From Octopus sinensis (Eukaryota), in contig NC_043019.1 in NCBI RefSeq assembly GCF_006345805.1, forward strand, positions 930,001-994,000: DNA of 64,000 nucleotides, in the 5' to 3' direction. Positions 12,509-25,345 of the stretch are shown piece by piece. How positions within the stretch are numbered: the stretch's first letter is position 1; every line of letters begins with the position of its first letter. A model generated the notes under the pieces. The model was not told the origin of the DNA, ran no database searches, and was given only the letters and a program-made list of their open reading frames with translations. Both the position numbers and the translations under genes were made by a program.

Positions 12509-12682
12509 GGCGCAGGAGTGGCTGTGTGGTAAGTAGCTTGTTTACCATCCACATGGTTCCGGGTTCAGTCCCACTGCGTGGCACCTTGGGCAAGTGTCTT
12601 CTACTATAGCATTGGGCCAACCAAACCCTTGTGAGAGGATTTGGTAGGCGGAAACTGAAAGAAGCCCGTCGTATATATATAT

Positions 12683-12717
<35 letters not shown>

Positions 12718-12910
12718 GCGTGTGTTTGTGTGTTTGTCCCGATGCTGGTGTGTTTGTGACCCCGTTAATTAGCGGTTCGGCACAAGAGAGCGATTGAATA
12801 AGTACTGGGCTTACAAAAGAATAAGTCCTGGGGTCGAGTTGCTCGATTAAAGGCGGTGCTCCAGCATGGCCGCAGTCAAATGACTGAAACAAGTAAATGA
12901 ATAAAAGAGT
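12509..12910 (+). mobile_element. SINE family C (tRNA-like head, CORE-like block, internal TA/TG microsatellite, GTAAAAGA-type tail)
   Basis: GGAGTGGCTGTGTGGTAAG...GGGTTCAGTCCC head; CCTTGGGCAAGTGTCTT block; many copies in the window. Confidence 0.85.
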
Positions 12911-13079
12911 AAGGTCAACAAATTCTGAAGGAGAGGGGTCAGTCGATTACGACGATCCCAACATTTGACCAGTACGTTATTTTATGTATATAGAGATCAT
13001 AGAACGGTAAGTTAACCTCGGCAGTTTTCTTTTACTCAGAGAATAATGAGAAGAAAGAATATATCACTGAGCTAACATG

Positions 13080-13479
13080 ATCATCATTGTTCGACTGTGG
13101 TCGAGACAATGGAATTTACTATGCTACGCCAGACTTCACGGTCCATCATAGCATTACGGAGGTCCTGTTGCTGGATGCCTGTATCCCTGGAGATTACATC
13201 AGGGTAGGAGAGTGTGCGCCCTCTGGTATCGCGAGCTGATGGCTTCCAGAGGAGAAGAGTAGAACTTACCTCGTTTTCAGCCCTACAACAATGTCCAGCA
13301 AACTGGATTCTTCTACCTTTCACAAGAGATGATACAGGTGGTGATTTCCCATATATTTGTACTTTGGTTGGATGACGCTTCCACGAGAGATTTTGAGCTC
13401 TCATAAGGAGGCGAGAGTAAGTTCCATTCAACCGCCTCTCAAGCTTCTTTGATAACGTCCAGGTTTCTGAGCCATATTT
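13080..13479 (-). mobile_element. 5'-truncated RTE-clade LINE (ORF C-terminus) nested in an old SINE-A copy
   Basis: KYGSETWTLSKKLERRLNGTYSRLLMRAQNLSWKRHPTK...RRIQFAGHCCRA...WKP...DREVWRSIV, with a TGA-repeat-like tail. SINE-A head at 13480-13525 and SINE-A remainder at ~12930-13075 flank it in the same orientation. Confidence 0.85.
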
Positions 13480-13750
13480 CTGAGCAATCTATCCGACGTG
13501 CTAAAAACTCTGCCAGCTCGCCGTCTTCCGAAAGGAACACAGCGTAGGGCTAAAATGTAGCTATACGTCAGGGTTATTAATGTAGTGGTTTAGATGGATT
13601 TGTACGTTGCAGCTAGCAAGCTGTAAAATGTAGCTGTCATTCGATTGTGGCAAAATAATAGGTAACACTACGATGACTGTTGAAGTTATAATGAACAACT
13701 TTGTAACGCGTAAACGTGGCAAAAAGAAACATCGAAAAGAAAGGAATATT

Positions 13751-13776
13751 ATTTGCATGTTTATAATAGCGGGGCG
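13751..13776 (-). promoter_or_regulatory. Candidate core promoter cluster: GC-box-like, TATAAA, octamer
   Basis: Minus strand CGCCCCGC-tat-TATAAA-c-ATGCAAAT in unique sequence, oriented toward the GPCR ATG; motif match only. Confidence 0.3.
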
Positions 13777-14074
13777 AGTGGTTAGTAGTTAGTAAAACAG
13801 CAGTAAGTGTACATAGTGTACATGACAAAGGGTTCGCTCGGTAGTGTGGAAGTTACGTTCTGCTGTTAGAGAGAGAGAGAGTGCGTAAGGATAACACTCC
13901 ACTGAGAGAAAAAAGGGAAGGTGAGTCTGTCCCTTCTTGAGTTCGGCCGATAGTTGCTCTTCTTTTGCCGACGAGATGTCGAAGATAAGTGTTAGTCTTG
14001 GTCCGCTATAGACCGAAGAGTGAAAGAGAGACAGAAAGAGACAGAGAGAGAGAGAGACATAGAGACAGTGAGAC

Positions 14075-14111
<37 letters not shown>

Positions 14112-14917
14112 AAGGAAATATTCTCTTGTTATATGGACTATGGTTGGATGTAGGAAAAATCCGAAACGAAGGGCTGACCTTTAAGTGACCACGTAAAAAG
14201 CTCTTAGGTCAAGCGTTTTCCATTCACCATCCAGTGTGGAGATGCAAATACACAGAGATTTGAGAAGTGGTTGACAAGCAACAAGCGAGTGGATTCAGTT
14301 TCGAATCACAGGCAAATTCAAGCGACGTCTTTACAACAGTAAACTACCGGAGCAATCAGCTAAACAAGCTGTATAATTTACGTGCTGTCACTGACATATA
14401 TGAAAGTAGAGCTAGACGGACATTTTGAAACCATGATATGACGACTTAGTTAAAAATCGGTTGCACTACCACGTAAAACAAAGCACACATAAGGGTTTCG
14501 TGGACCAAAAAAATCTAGCAAATACTTAGAAATCAATGAAAAATATCGAAAATCTAATAAACACGCAAGACAACCAGTTAAATAATATATTGGACGTGAG
14601 ATAAACATTGAATATTTCTTTGTAGTGTAAATAATTTCAATGAAAATAACACCAGCAACAATAACGATACGACTACTGATACATGGCTGGTCATCAAAAC
14701 ATGATTATAAATAGAACAGGAAATTAAAAACAATCGTTACTGGACAACGAAAACAAGATTACTTTCTAATAACGACAATGAAAGATGAAGTACTGAAAGT
14801 GGAAATGTGTCATTGGATGTTGTCTACAGCAACGTTTGCTAGCAATAGATGTTCCGTATGACGGTCTCTCAATTATGCTAAACCACAAAAGTTATATTGA
14901 CTGGATATTATGGCTTT

Positions 14918-15650
14918 GTAAGATGAGGACAACGCAAGTCCTAACATCTCCGAGCTGGCAGAAACGTTAGCACGCCGGGCGAAATGCGTAGCCGTATTCC
15001 GTCTGCCGTTACGTTCTGAGTTCAAATTCCGCTGAGGTCGACTTTGCCTTTGTAAGATGAGGACAGCGTAAGTCCTAACATCTCCGAGCTGGCAGAAACG
15101 TTAGCACGCCGGGCGAAATGCGTAGCCGTATTCCGTCTGCCGTTACGTTCTGAGTTCAAATTCCGCTGAGGTCGACTTTGCCTTTGTAGATGAGGACAGT
15201 AAGTCCTAACATCTCCGAGCTGGCAGAAACGTTAGCACGCCGGGCGAAATGCGTAGCCGTATTTCGTCTGCCGTTACGTTCTGAGTTCAAATTCCGCCGA
15301 GGTCGTCTTTGCCTTTCATCCTTTCGGGGTCGATAAATTAAGTACCAGTTACGCACTGGGGTCGATGTAATCGACTTAATACATCTGTCATTGTTTGTCC
15401 CCTATATGTTTAGCCCCTTGTGGGCAATAAAGAAATAAGAAACGTTAGCGCGCCGGGCGAAATGCTTAGCGGTATTTCGTCTGCCGTTACGTTCTGAGTT
15501 CAAACTCCGCTGAGGTCGACTTTACCTTTCTTCCTCTCGGGGTCGATAAATTAAGTACCTGTTGCACACTGGGGTCGATGTAATCGACTTAATCCGTTTG
15601 TCTGTCCTTGTTTGTCCCCTCTGTGTTTGGCCCCTTGAGGGTAGTAATGA
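14918..15650 (+). mobile_element. SINE-A cluster: 134-bp flank+head unit triplicated, completed by a full copy and a second tandem copy
   Basis: Units start at 14918, 15052 and 15186; tail-to-head junction AAAGAAATAAGAAACGTTAGCG at 15430-15450. Confidence 0.88.
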
Positions 15651-17990
15651 AAAAGGGTATACTGGCAATTCTACTTTCTCGACCGTGGTAGAATATAAGA
15701 CAGATTCGATACTGGAACAATTTGAATTGAATTCACAAATTGTGACACACAGCATTCTGATAGACGTTCTCCCGCTTTAAGTATTTTAGGGTAGCTTCAC
15801 AAAACAATATTTATAATAGAGAACATACGACCAGAACAAGGTGTAATTACCCCTGTATAAAAGTTCAACTGAAGATCATTACATTAATGGACATACCTCT
15901 CCTGGAAATTGCTGGCCTTGTGCCGAAATTTGAAACCATTATATCTTCTTCATCATGGCTTTCTGGTATTAAGTGGCAACAACAAAACGGATCTGAGAAC
16001 TATCGACAGGTTAATATACGTTATTCAAAGGCCCTGTTGAGTTATATTTCCAGAAAATAAGTAGTGAAGGAGAATTATGAATATCATCATTGTTATCCCT
16101 TATTTTCCATTATTTATTTCTTGCTTCGTTTCCGTGTGGGTATCCGCCATTGAATGTTGCATTCATTGACAGAGCTCTGTGAAAGAATGTGTATAGCAGC
16201 AGATATTAAATTTTTTTTTACAATTTGTTGAACTGTTTTTTTCGCCCCAAACAAACATTTTCCATATAAATGAAGTTAATTTTTGTACTATTTTGATTGA
16301 TAATTTCAGTTATTAGAGCACTCTTAGCTACTTCAGATTTCGAAGAGCATATTTGAAATTGTACGAAGAGAAATGATGATGTCACTGATGGTCGTTTATC
16401 TTTATCCATCATCTCTCCACTTAAATAGACTCCATCCGTTTCGAAGTTGTGCTTTGTCCTACAGAGAACGTCTAATGATATATCATTTAAAAGTCTTTTT
16501 GAAATTGATGTGCTTTGGGTATTTAATTGTTGCTTTTAGCAAGTCTTTCTTGTTGGTTTTGTTTCAAAGTGGCTGCCGTGCCCTCGGTGGCAGCAGTGGC
16601 AACTTGTTGTCAGGTATTGCATCAGCCAAAAAGCTGCTGGGGAAGCATGAAGCAAGAAGAATAGCAGATGTATACACGCAACTGACGAGACGGCGGTGAA
16701 CAATGCTAGAATACAATTATGATGACAGATAAAACTTTTCACTACAGGAATTTTAAGCGAATATATGCATCGACACGCAAAGCATGAAGTGATGACAATC
16801 AATCTCTTTTCATGACCTCATCATGTTCCATTTGTTAATATGGTTAGAGAAATGCTCCTGAGCAGAGGCGAGGTGCTATGTTGTAAGGTGTACGATGTGT
16901 AACAAAAGTCTTTTTTTTTTTACTTAATTAAACGAAGTACGGAATGTGGCGTTAGATTTTAATGAAGTTCGATTTTTGCTGAATAACCTTTTGAATTTTC
17001 ATTGTCAGATACTGGCTGAATTTTGAATATGACACATAACATTGGTTCATAAATTTTAAATTTGATGCTACGTTAATTAGTCACATTTCAGCGTCTGAGG
17101 GCCTATCTGTTACAGAAGCATATTTTAGCATCTTAATATTCTTGTATAATAGGTATTAGCGGAAGATATTTTCCGGCTAATAATAGAGGTGATTGCTGTT
17201 GCTAAATTGCCCAAGGATATATTTGTACAAGCTCTACAAAGTCTTGTGAAGTGGAAGAGGCGAATAAATAAACAAGTGTGTGAATGATGCTAATATGAAA
17301 ACAACCATTAAACAGTGAGTAGTTTCATGGTCAGGATAGAAATTAAATTAATTTTTAATTAAGATTTCAGTGTGGTACTAACGTAGGAAACCAAAGCTGA
17401 CAAGACTTTAAGAAATAAAGATAATCGGATTTTTATAATGAATTCGAGATCGAAAAAATAAATATGAATAATTTAGAATCTTACGTATTAAGACACGATA
17501 GAAATAATATGCTTAATATAATTGACTCTTCGGGCAGTTCTACAGTTCTATTTTAGATTGTGTTGCACATTACATTGTTTTGTATCATATTAGCAAAGAT
17601 TGATCTTCTTCTTTTAATGCTGGGATCCTCAATTGTGATGTAATTCTAGAGAATAAAATGCTAATTGTAATTTTTATCCTTAAGCCAGTTATTCCTACCG
17701 ACTTGATGTCAGTGTGTTACGAGTTATGGTCATCTCGTTGTTTGGAAGATTCAGACAACGTGTCATTCTCCATCCCTTTTTTGGCAAAATATAATAGTGA
17801 CGAAAGATTTGGAGCTAATTTGTTTCGTAATTTTAGGCAGTCGTGGGAAAGTGGAGAAACAAAGAGACTGGCATACGTGCTTAGCCTTAAGAACGTTGCG
17901 ATCGAGTATATATAGATTTAAAAGCGCTCCGACCATGATTGTCGCAGCTGTGAGTGTTATGTAATGAATTATTCCATTTTACGTTTGTAT

Positions 17991-18197
17991 TACTCTCTTT
18001 TACTCTTTTACCTGTTTCAGTCATTTGACTGCGGCCATGCTGGAGCACCGCCTTAAGTCGAGCAAATCGACCCCAAGACTTATTATTTGTAAGCCTAGCA
18101 CTTATTCTATCAGTCTCTTTTGCCGAACCGCTAAGTTACGGGGACATAATCACACCAGCATCGGTTGTCAAGTGATGTTGGGGGGGGACCAACACAG

Positions 18198-18228
<31 letters not shown>

Positions 18229-18397
18229 CATATATACGACAGGCTTCTTTCAGTTTCTGTCTACCAAATCCACTCACAAGGCTTTTGTCCGTCCCGAGGC
18301 TATATAGCAGAAAACACTTGCCCAAGTTGCCACGCAGGGGGACTGAACCCGGAATCATGTGGTTGGTAAGCAAACTACTTACCAAATAGCCACTCTT
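17991..18397 (-). mobile_element. SINE family C, full length
   Basis: Reverse complement of the family C consensus, with internal (CA)n/(TA)n. Confidence 0.85.
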
Positions 18398-18889
18398 GTA
18401 TAATGTGATTCGAAGTAAAAGAGTGATTATGTAGAGGTTCGTTAAAATAAAATTTTTATGAAAGACTGAAAAAGTTGGAGAGTAATATTGGTTTCAAATT
18501 TTGGCACCAAGCCAGCAATTTCGGGTTTTAGGAGGAGGAGTCGATTATATCAAACCCTGTGTTTAACTGGCACTTATTTTATTGACTCCGCAGTACAAAA
18601 GGCAAAGGACACACTGGCGGTATAGGAACTCAAAACATAAAGTTGGAAGAAATGTAGTAAGGCTAGTAATTTCTGGGAGCCTGTAAGTGGTCTACACCGA
18701 TCCCAGGAGTCGAAAGGTTCTTATTTTATCGACCGAAAAAAAATAAATAAAGAAGAAGAAATGAAAGGTAAAGTCGACCTCGGTGGTACGTTTACAGTAG
18801 AATATTACCATTTCTTTATTTCCGAAGCAATTACTATATTTATCAAAACAATTATGCTTCTCAAGATATGTGTTTGCTATTTCATTTAA

Positions 18890-19120
18890 GGCGGTGAGCT
18901 GGCAGAAACGTTAGCACGCCGGGCGAAATGCTTTGCGGTATTTCGCCTGCCGTTACGTTCTGAGTTAAAATTCCGCCGAGGTCGACTTTGCCTTTCATCC
19001 TTTCGAGGTCGATAAATTAAGTACCAGTTACGCACTAGGGTCAATATAATCGACTTAATCCGTTTGTCTGTCCTTGTTTGTCCTCCCTATGTTTGGCCCC
19101 TTGTGGGTAGTAAAGAAATA
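18890..19120 (+). mobile_element. SINE family A monomer
   Basis: Full match to the consensus. Confidence 0.85.
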
Positions 19121-20969
19121 AGAGGTGGGTCCTGAGATCCTCCTTCAGCACTAGATACATCGACGTTCGGATCATTTTTGGTGTGGCAGACTGTTTTTCT
19201 GGGGGAACGATCAGGATTTCTGTTCTGTTGAACTTTTAATAAACTGAGGGGTCTGCACACTTCTTTTTCGGTCAACATTTAGTCTTTACAATAATGTTCC
19301 GATTACTGGAGGTGTTCTCAACGGATGACACCCTCCTTTAGCAACTATAATCCTTCTTTTTTATGAATATTACAACCCCGGAAAAAGCAGGCCTATGATT
19401 AGATAATTCTTATTATGATCATCTTATATTTTGAATATCGTTTGATAAGCCACGAGTAAGTTATACAGTGTCTCCTCTTTCTAGATCGTTGAGTGTGATA
19501 TGTGAGCGATTATGGAGTTATTAGCTACTAGTTCTAGCAAGTCATGTGTCCAGTTCCTCATTGTCTCAGTCAAACATTAAAATGTACTAAAGGATAATTC
19601 GCTTTTGTACTAGCCCTGTCCATAATTGCTTGTAATACAGTTCTATATATTTTTTAATAAAAATGAAATTTTTGTTTTTAGTTAATTTCACATCTTAGAT
19701 TAGAATAGTGAAATAATTTCTAAGAGGAAGGAAATATTAAGAAACTTTAATTACGCAATTGGTAATAGATGATGTAGTGATTATTATCATGTTGATGAAT
19801 TCTAATCATGAGTGGCAGAGAACAAAAAAACTAGTTCTGGATATTAAGTATTAAAGATTAAAATTAAAAATAAGTCACGGTGGAAAGTTAGTCCTATATT
19901 GGTAGCATGGGAATGTGTTCGGCGATCTTTCGATCATATTACATTTCGCCACACTGTAAATTGTAAATAAACCGAATAAACCGATATCTTTACGTCACTG
20001 GAAAAAGGACATATATTTGCAAAAGGGAACCTACTTTTCATCGACAACTGTGATTGTTAGAAGCTTATGACGGATCAATACCCAGAAACTCGAGTCCGCG
20101 TGTATCATAGGTTGAAGACGGGAAGGATGGCTTCCCTTTGCAAATACTGATAGGACACAGAAAGAGTGTCAATAGCCAGCTGGTGTCCTCCTGGGGCTAC
20201 AAGCTACAGTAGCATCCACCCTTAGGGGTTAGCCTTATTTAAATGGCCAATATACTTCACGATGTGTTGCAGCAACTGTTTATAACTCGCTCTGAGATTT
20301 ATTATTGCTTGTTTACACAAACCGAATTTTCATAATAGAATATATTCCAATGGGTGTATATTCATAATATTCAGTATAATAAAGAACAGAAAAAATGGTG
20401 ACAAACCTATTACATTCTTGATATAATGCTTATGTTTAGTACACTCGACGAATAACATTGTGACACATATAAAGACCAGATATAAACTATGCTTGATTCT
20501 ACTTATTATCGTTGCTGCTGTTTAACCCTAAAGTCTAAGGGGATTAACTCCTTAAAGCGTTTCAGCAATGAAGAGGACAACCGTTGCTTTCTTTTAAAAC
20601 ATGTTCATAAATTCATTATCAAATGTTGCCTTGTGTCTTTTAAACAGTAGGGTGTATTGATTATGATAGCATGATGATCGATCAACTAAGGAATCCCTCT
20701 TTGCCTTGCAGGATACTGTCAATAACTGCTTCTAATTTAGGCAAAACGGCACCGATTTCCAAGGGTGATTGTAATTAAATTACTTTGAACACTAGTAATT
20801 CACTGATACATTGTTTTATTCACTCGTGTAGGAAGAAATGTTAAGTAAATTGAGCTGGATTTTGAGCTTACTTCAGGGAGATCACGGAAGTTGTAAGTGG
20901 CACTGGTACCTCAGGCAAATGTCAAATCTTGTCTTGTATCTTTTAAACGGTAGGTTCATGATAGAATAC

Positions 20970-21183
20970 GGCGGCGAGCTGGCAGAATAGTTAGCACGTC
21001 GGGCGAAATGCTTAGCGGTATTTCGTCTGCCGTTACATTCTGAGGTCGACTTTGCCTTTCATCCTTTCGGGGTCGATAAATTAAGTATCAGTTACGCACT
21101 GGGGTCGATGTAATAGACTTAATCCGTTTGTCTGTCTTTGTTAGACCCTCTGTGTTTGGCACCTTGTGGGCAGTAAAGAAATA
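20970..21183 (+). mobile_element. SINE family A monomer with the B-box deleted
   Basis: Matches the consensus except for a deletion between ttctgag and gtcgac. Confidence 0.8.
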
Positions 21184-21691
21184 GGAAGGAGCATACACGA
21201 CGATGGGCATTTCGTTGGAATTTCTCGATCCGCTAGAAATAGCAGATAATATACCATGATACATGAATAAATCCAAACATGCATATATACATACATACAT
21301 GCATACATAAATGCACACATGCATATAGACATATATAATATATATATATATATATATATAATATATAAATGTATGTAGATATATATGTACTTATGCATAC
21401 GTGTATATTTATATACACGTACATACATACATTCACATATACATACTCATGGTTCTTTTGTATGTAGTGTATCGAGTATTCTATGATTAAGTTGCACATC
21501 CATTTTTAATTTATTAAATTGTGTGTTGGACGAGGTTCCCGGGTAATGTCTTTGTTTGAAATATTTATTTGCCCTAATAAAAGGAATGTCAGCATTTGCT
21601 CTGTTTTCAACTATTCCCATAAATAAATAATCACGGGCAATATATTTTTCATCTCTCTCTCTCTCTCTTTATATATATATATATGTGTGTG

Positions 21692-21722
<31 letters not shown>

Positions 21723-21913
21723 CTATATCTATCTATCTATATATATATATACATATATATATTTATATATATATATAAACCTATATATACCTCTGAATTT
21801 TATATTTACGTATTAGAATTCGACGTTTGTGATCACCCCTCTGAAGGAGAATAACACGTTTGTTTGTTGAATAAATGTATGTGAGAGTATACATACATAC
21901 AGAGAGACAGGCA

Positions 21914-21950
<37 letters not shown>

Positions 21951-22610
21951 ACACTCACACACGCATAATGATAATAATAATATGTTGTTTAGCATAATTT
22001 CAATTTTAACTTTACTATTTCTAGCCGATATTTACATATTAGCACCAAACTTGAATTTTTAATACGGATAACAATTTCAAACTTTGCTGCCATTCAGAAC
22101 AATTTTTATATGTATTTGTTTTAAATATACAGTGACGTGTATCTTAAGCGAAAATTCTAAAAGAAATTGAAAAACGAATTATACGGAAGAATTTTAATTT
22201 TTCCAAGAAAATTAATCTGCTCTATAAAATACAAAAATGAAATTTGTTATTTATATTGATAATTCAAGTTTACATATTTTACAGGAAATATTATTCTCTA
22301 TAAAACAAAATAGTATTCAAATATTTTCAATTCCCACTACTTAATATAACCATAGTATCGATTTTCTCTGTTCTTATGGAGTCTGCCAAGTTACACACAA
22401 ACAAATACACAATATACATGTGTGTGGACGTGTCTGTGTGCGATTGTATGTATGTATGAAGGAATATACGATACATATATATAGTTATAAGTTATACGTT
22501 AAAACAAATTATATATTATATATATATATTGGTTGTTTATGTATTGGTTTATGTCTATCCCTGTTTGAATTGCATAATAGTGGTTTTATCTCTAATTTAT
22601 ATTATATTAT

Positions 22611-22801
22611 AGGAGTGGCTGTGTGGTAAGTAGCTTGCTAACCAGCCACATGGTTCCGGGTTAAGTCCCACTGCGTGACACCTTGGGTGAGTGTCTTCTA
22701 TTATATCCGCGGGTCGACCAAAGCCTTGTGAGTGGATTTGGTAGACAGAAACTGAAAGAATCCGTCGTATATATGTATATATATATACCTATATATATAT
22801 A

Positions 22802-22891
<90 letters not shown>

Positions 22892-23108
22892 CGTGTATGT
22901 TTGTGTGTCTGTGTTTGTCTCCCTAGCATTGCTTGACAACCAATGCTGGTGTGTTTATGTCCCCGTAACTTAGCGGTTCGGCAAAAGAGACCGATAGAAT
23001 AAGTACTGGGCTTACAAAGAATAAGTCCTGGGGCCGAGATGCTCGATTAGAGGTGGTGCTCCAGCGTAGCCGCAGTCAAATGACTGAAACAAGTAAAAGA
23101 GTAAAAGA
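22611..23108 (+). mobile_element. SINE family C, full length
   Basis: Consensus match with an expanded internal (TA)n(TG)n and a GTAAAAGA tail. Confidence 0.85.
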
Positions 23109-23130
23109 TATATATATATATTTATATAAT

Positions 23131-23237
23131 AAATATTATTAGAGACAAAACCACTATTTTGCAAAACAAACAAGGAAAGACTTTAAGTCTTTCCTTGTTT
23201 GTTTTGCAAAATAGTGGTTTTGTCTCTAATAATATTT
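23131..23237. repeat. Perfect 107-bp palindrome (53-bp arms, 1-nt centre)
   Basis: aaatattattagagacaaaaccactattttgcaaaacaaacaaggaaagactt-t-aagtctttccttgtttgttttgcaaaatagtggttttgtctctaataatattt. Confidence 0.95.
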
Positions 23238-23323
23238 TATAATATTTTACTATAAAATTGGATTTAATCCTAAATCTGATTTTTTTCCCTGTAAATTTGG
23301 ATTTATTCCCTAATATTTATTAT

Positions 23324-23385
<62 letters not shown>

Positions 23386-24250
23386 GTGTATGTGTGTGTG
23401 AGTGTGTAAGTATCAGTATACAATATACGTCTATCTGTGTATGTGCATATGCATATAATAGTAGTTGTTATAACCCACAGATTAAGCAAACCAATGAGGT
23501 ATTAAAGATCTCAATAGATGCATTTCTGGAATCAATAAGTCTCCTTTATTTCTTTCATAACGTTTGTAGTAATACTTAATATTCCAGATCCACAAGTTTC
23601 TCCCGAAATTCTTTTATTTGGCTAAAGGGACTAACTTCTAAAGGAAAAAAAAATTCTAAATAAACAAATAAAAAAAAATTAACTGTATGAGTCCATTAGA
23701 CCAAAAAAGTATCTTTTATTGATACACTTTTGTTTCGTCGCATCGATTGATATTACTTTTCGAAAGCAGAAAACCAAAATCGTTATTATCAAAATCTATT
23801 AAGTTTCATCTAAAGAAGAACTCTTAGAGCGAACTGAGTTCTCTGATGTGTATTGACGTAGTAGCGAAATTACATAATAATTTTACAAGCGATTTATAAA
23901 ACATAACGACAAGATCATTATCAACGTAAAGGAAATAAGCAAAATGGGATATTTTTTTGTCTGGTAAACAGTAGTTTATGAAGCCAAGCGTGAACCTAGC
24001 TTTCACTATATCTAAACATCAGCATATGTTATAAAAGTTTAAAAGATATGTTGCCATTGCATAACATTCAGTACACATCAATCTCCGCATATGCAATCAT
24101 ATGTTATTTTATTATGTTCCATTTCAATATATTACGTTACATTATTATATCATATCATATCATATACTACGCTATATTATATTATGCAGCATCTTATTAT
24201 CTTATAAAAGAAAGTTTAGTATCTACAGAGTGTAACGGTGGTATGAGACT

Positions 24251-24465
24251 TACTCTTTTACACTTTTACTTGTTTCAGTCATTTGACTGCGGCCATGCTG
24301 GATCACCGCCTTTAGTCGAGCAACTCGACCCCGGGACTTATTCTTTTTGTAAGCCCAGTACTTATTCTATCGGTCTCTTTTTGCCGAACCGCTAAGTACG
24401 GGGACGTAAATACACACCAGCATCGGTTGTCAAGCAATGCTAGGGGAACAAACACAGACACACAA

Positions 24466-24496
<31 letters not shown>

Positions 24497-24666
24497 CGAC
24501 AGGCTTCTTTCAGTTTCCGTCTACCAAATCTACTCACAAGGCATTGGTCGACCCGGGGCTATAGTAGAAGACACTTGCCCAAGATGCCACGCAGTGGGAC
24601 TGAACCCGGAACCCGGAACCATATGGTTGGTTAGCAAGCTACTTACCATACAGCCACTCCTGCGCC
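24251..24666 (-). mobile_element. SINE family C, full length
   Basis: Reverse complement of the consensus. Confidence 0.85.
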
Positions 24667-24790
24667 TTACATATTTTAAAAATATTTTTTAACCATCTTC
24701 CAAGATTCAAGATAATTGCTAGTGTGAATTTTAAGACTACACACACACGCACGCAAAAACCCGCAGAAAAACACAAGCATACGTATGTAT

Positions 24791-24846
<56 letters not shown>

Positions 24847-25309
24847 ACATGCATGTATTCGTATTTATTAAATATGTACAAACACAGACAAGTTCATGTA
24901 ACTTAACTAGTTAGGGTTAATTAGAAATTTAATTATGCTATACATTGTCAATAATAGTAAAAATCATATTTGTGTGATCAAATCACAAGACACTTTCCCT
25001 ACTAAATTATGTACCGGTTAATTCATTGAATATATATGAAACTACTCTTTGATTCGATGATCTTATATCAATGTTAGTTAACTGTCACAAGAAAACTAAA
25101 CTTAGACATGCCGTCATACTCGCGTGCGCGCACACAGAAACAAAAATGAGGAAAAATTGACACTAGAAAATAATGAAGGTAAAATCTCATATTTAAAATT
25201 ATTAGCTTGAGACTCTGAGACATGAAGTGAGTTAATTATGAGTTACACAAATTAACCTCCTTTAGGATATGATGAGGTGTGGATAGAATAAGGGTGAAAG
25301 GATGGATAC

Positions 25310-25345
25310 ATACGAGGCATTGCGGAAAAGTTCCTGGCTTTAAGG
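25310..25345 (+). mobile_element. Mariner-type TIR remnant
   Basis: TACGAGGCATTGCGGAAAAGTTCCTGG resembles TACGAGGG...AAAAGTT mariner ends; no partner TIR found. Confidence 0.35.

Noticed and set aside
13080-13525. Apparent SINE-head / LINE-tail chimera
   Set aside because: The rest of the SINE-A lies on the other side (~12930-13075) in the same orientation with gctcag repeated, so it is a nested RTE insertion.
16373-16802. Overlapping 108-aa and 88-aa ORFs as genes
   Set aside because: No recognisable domain; kept only as a low-interest unique island.
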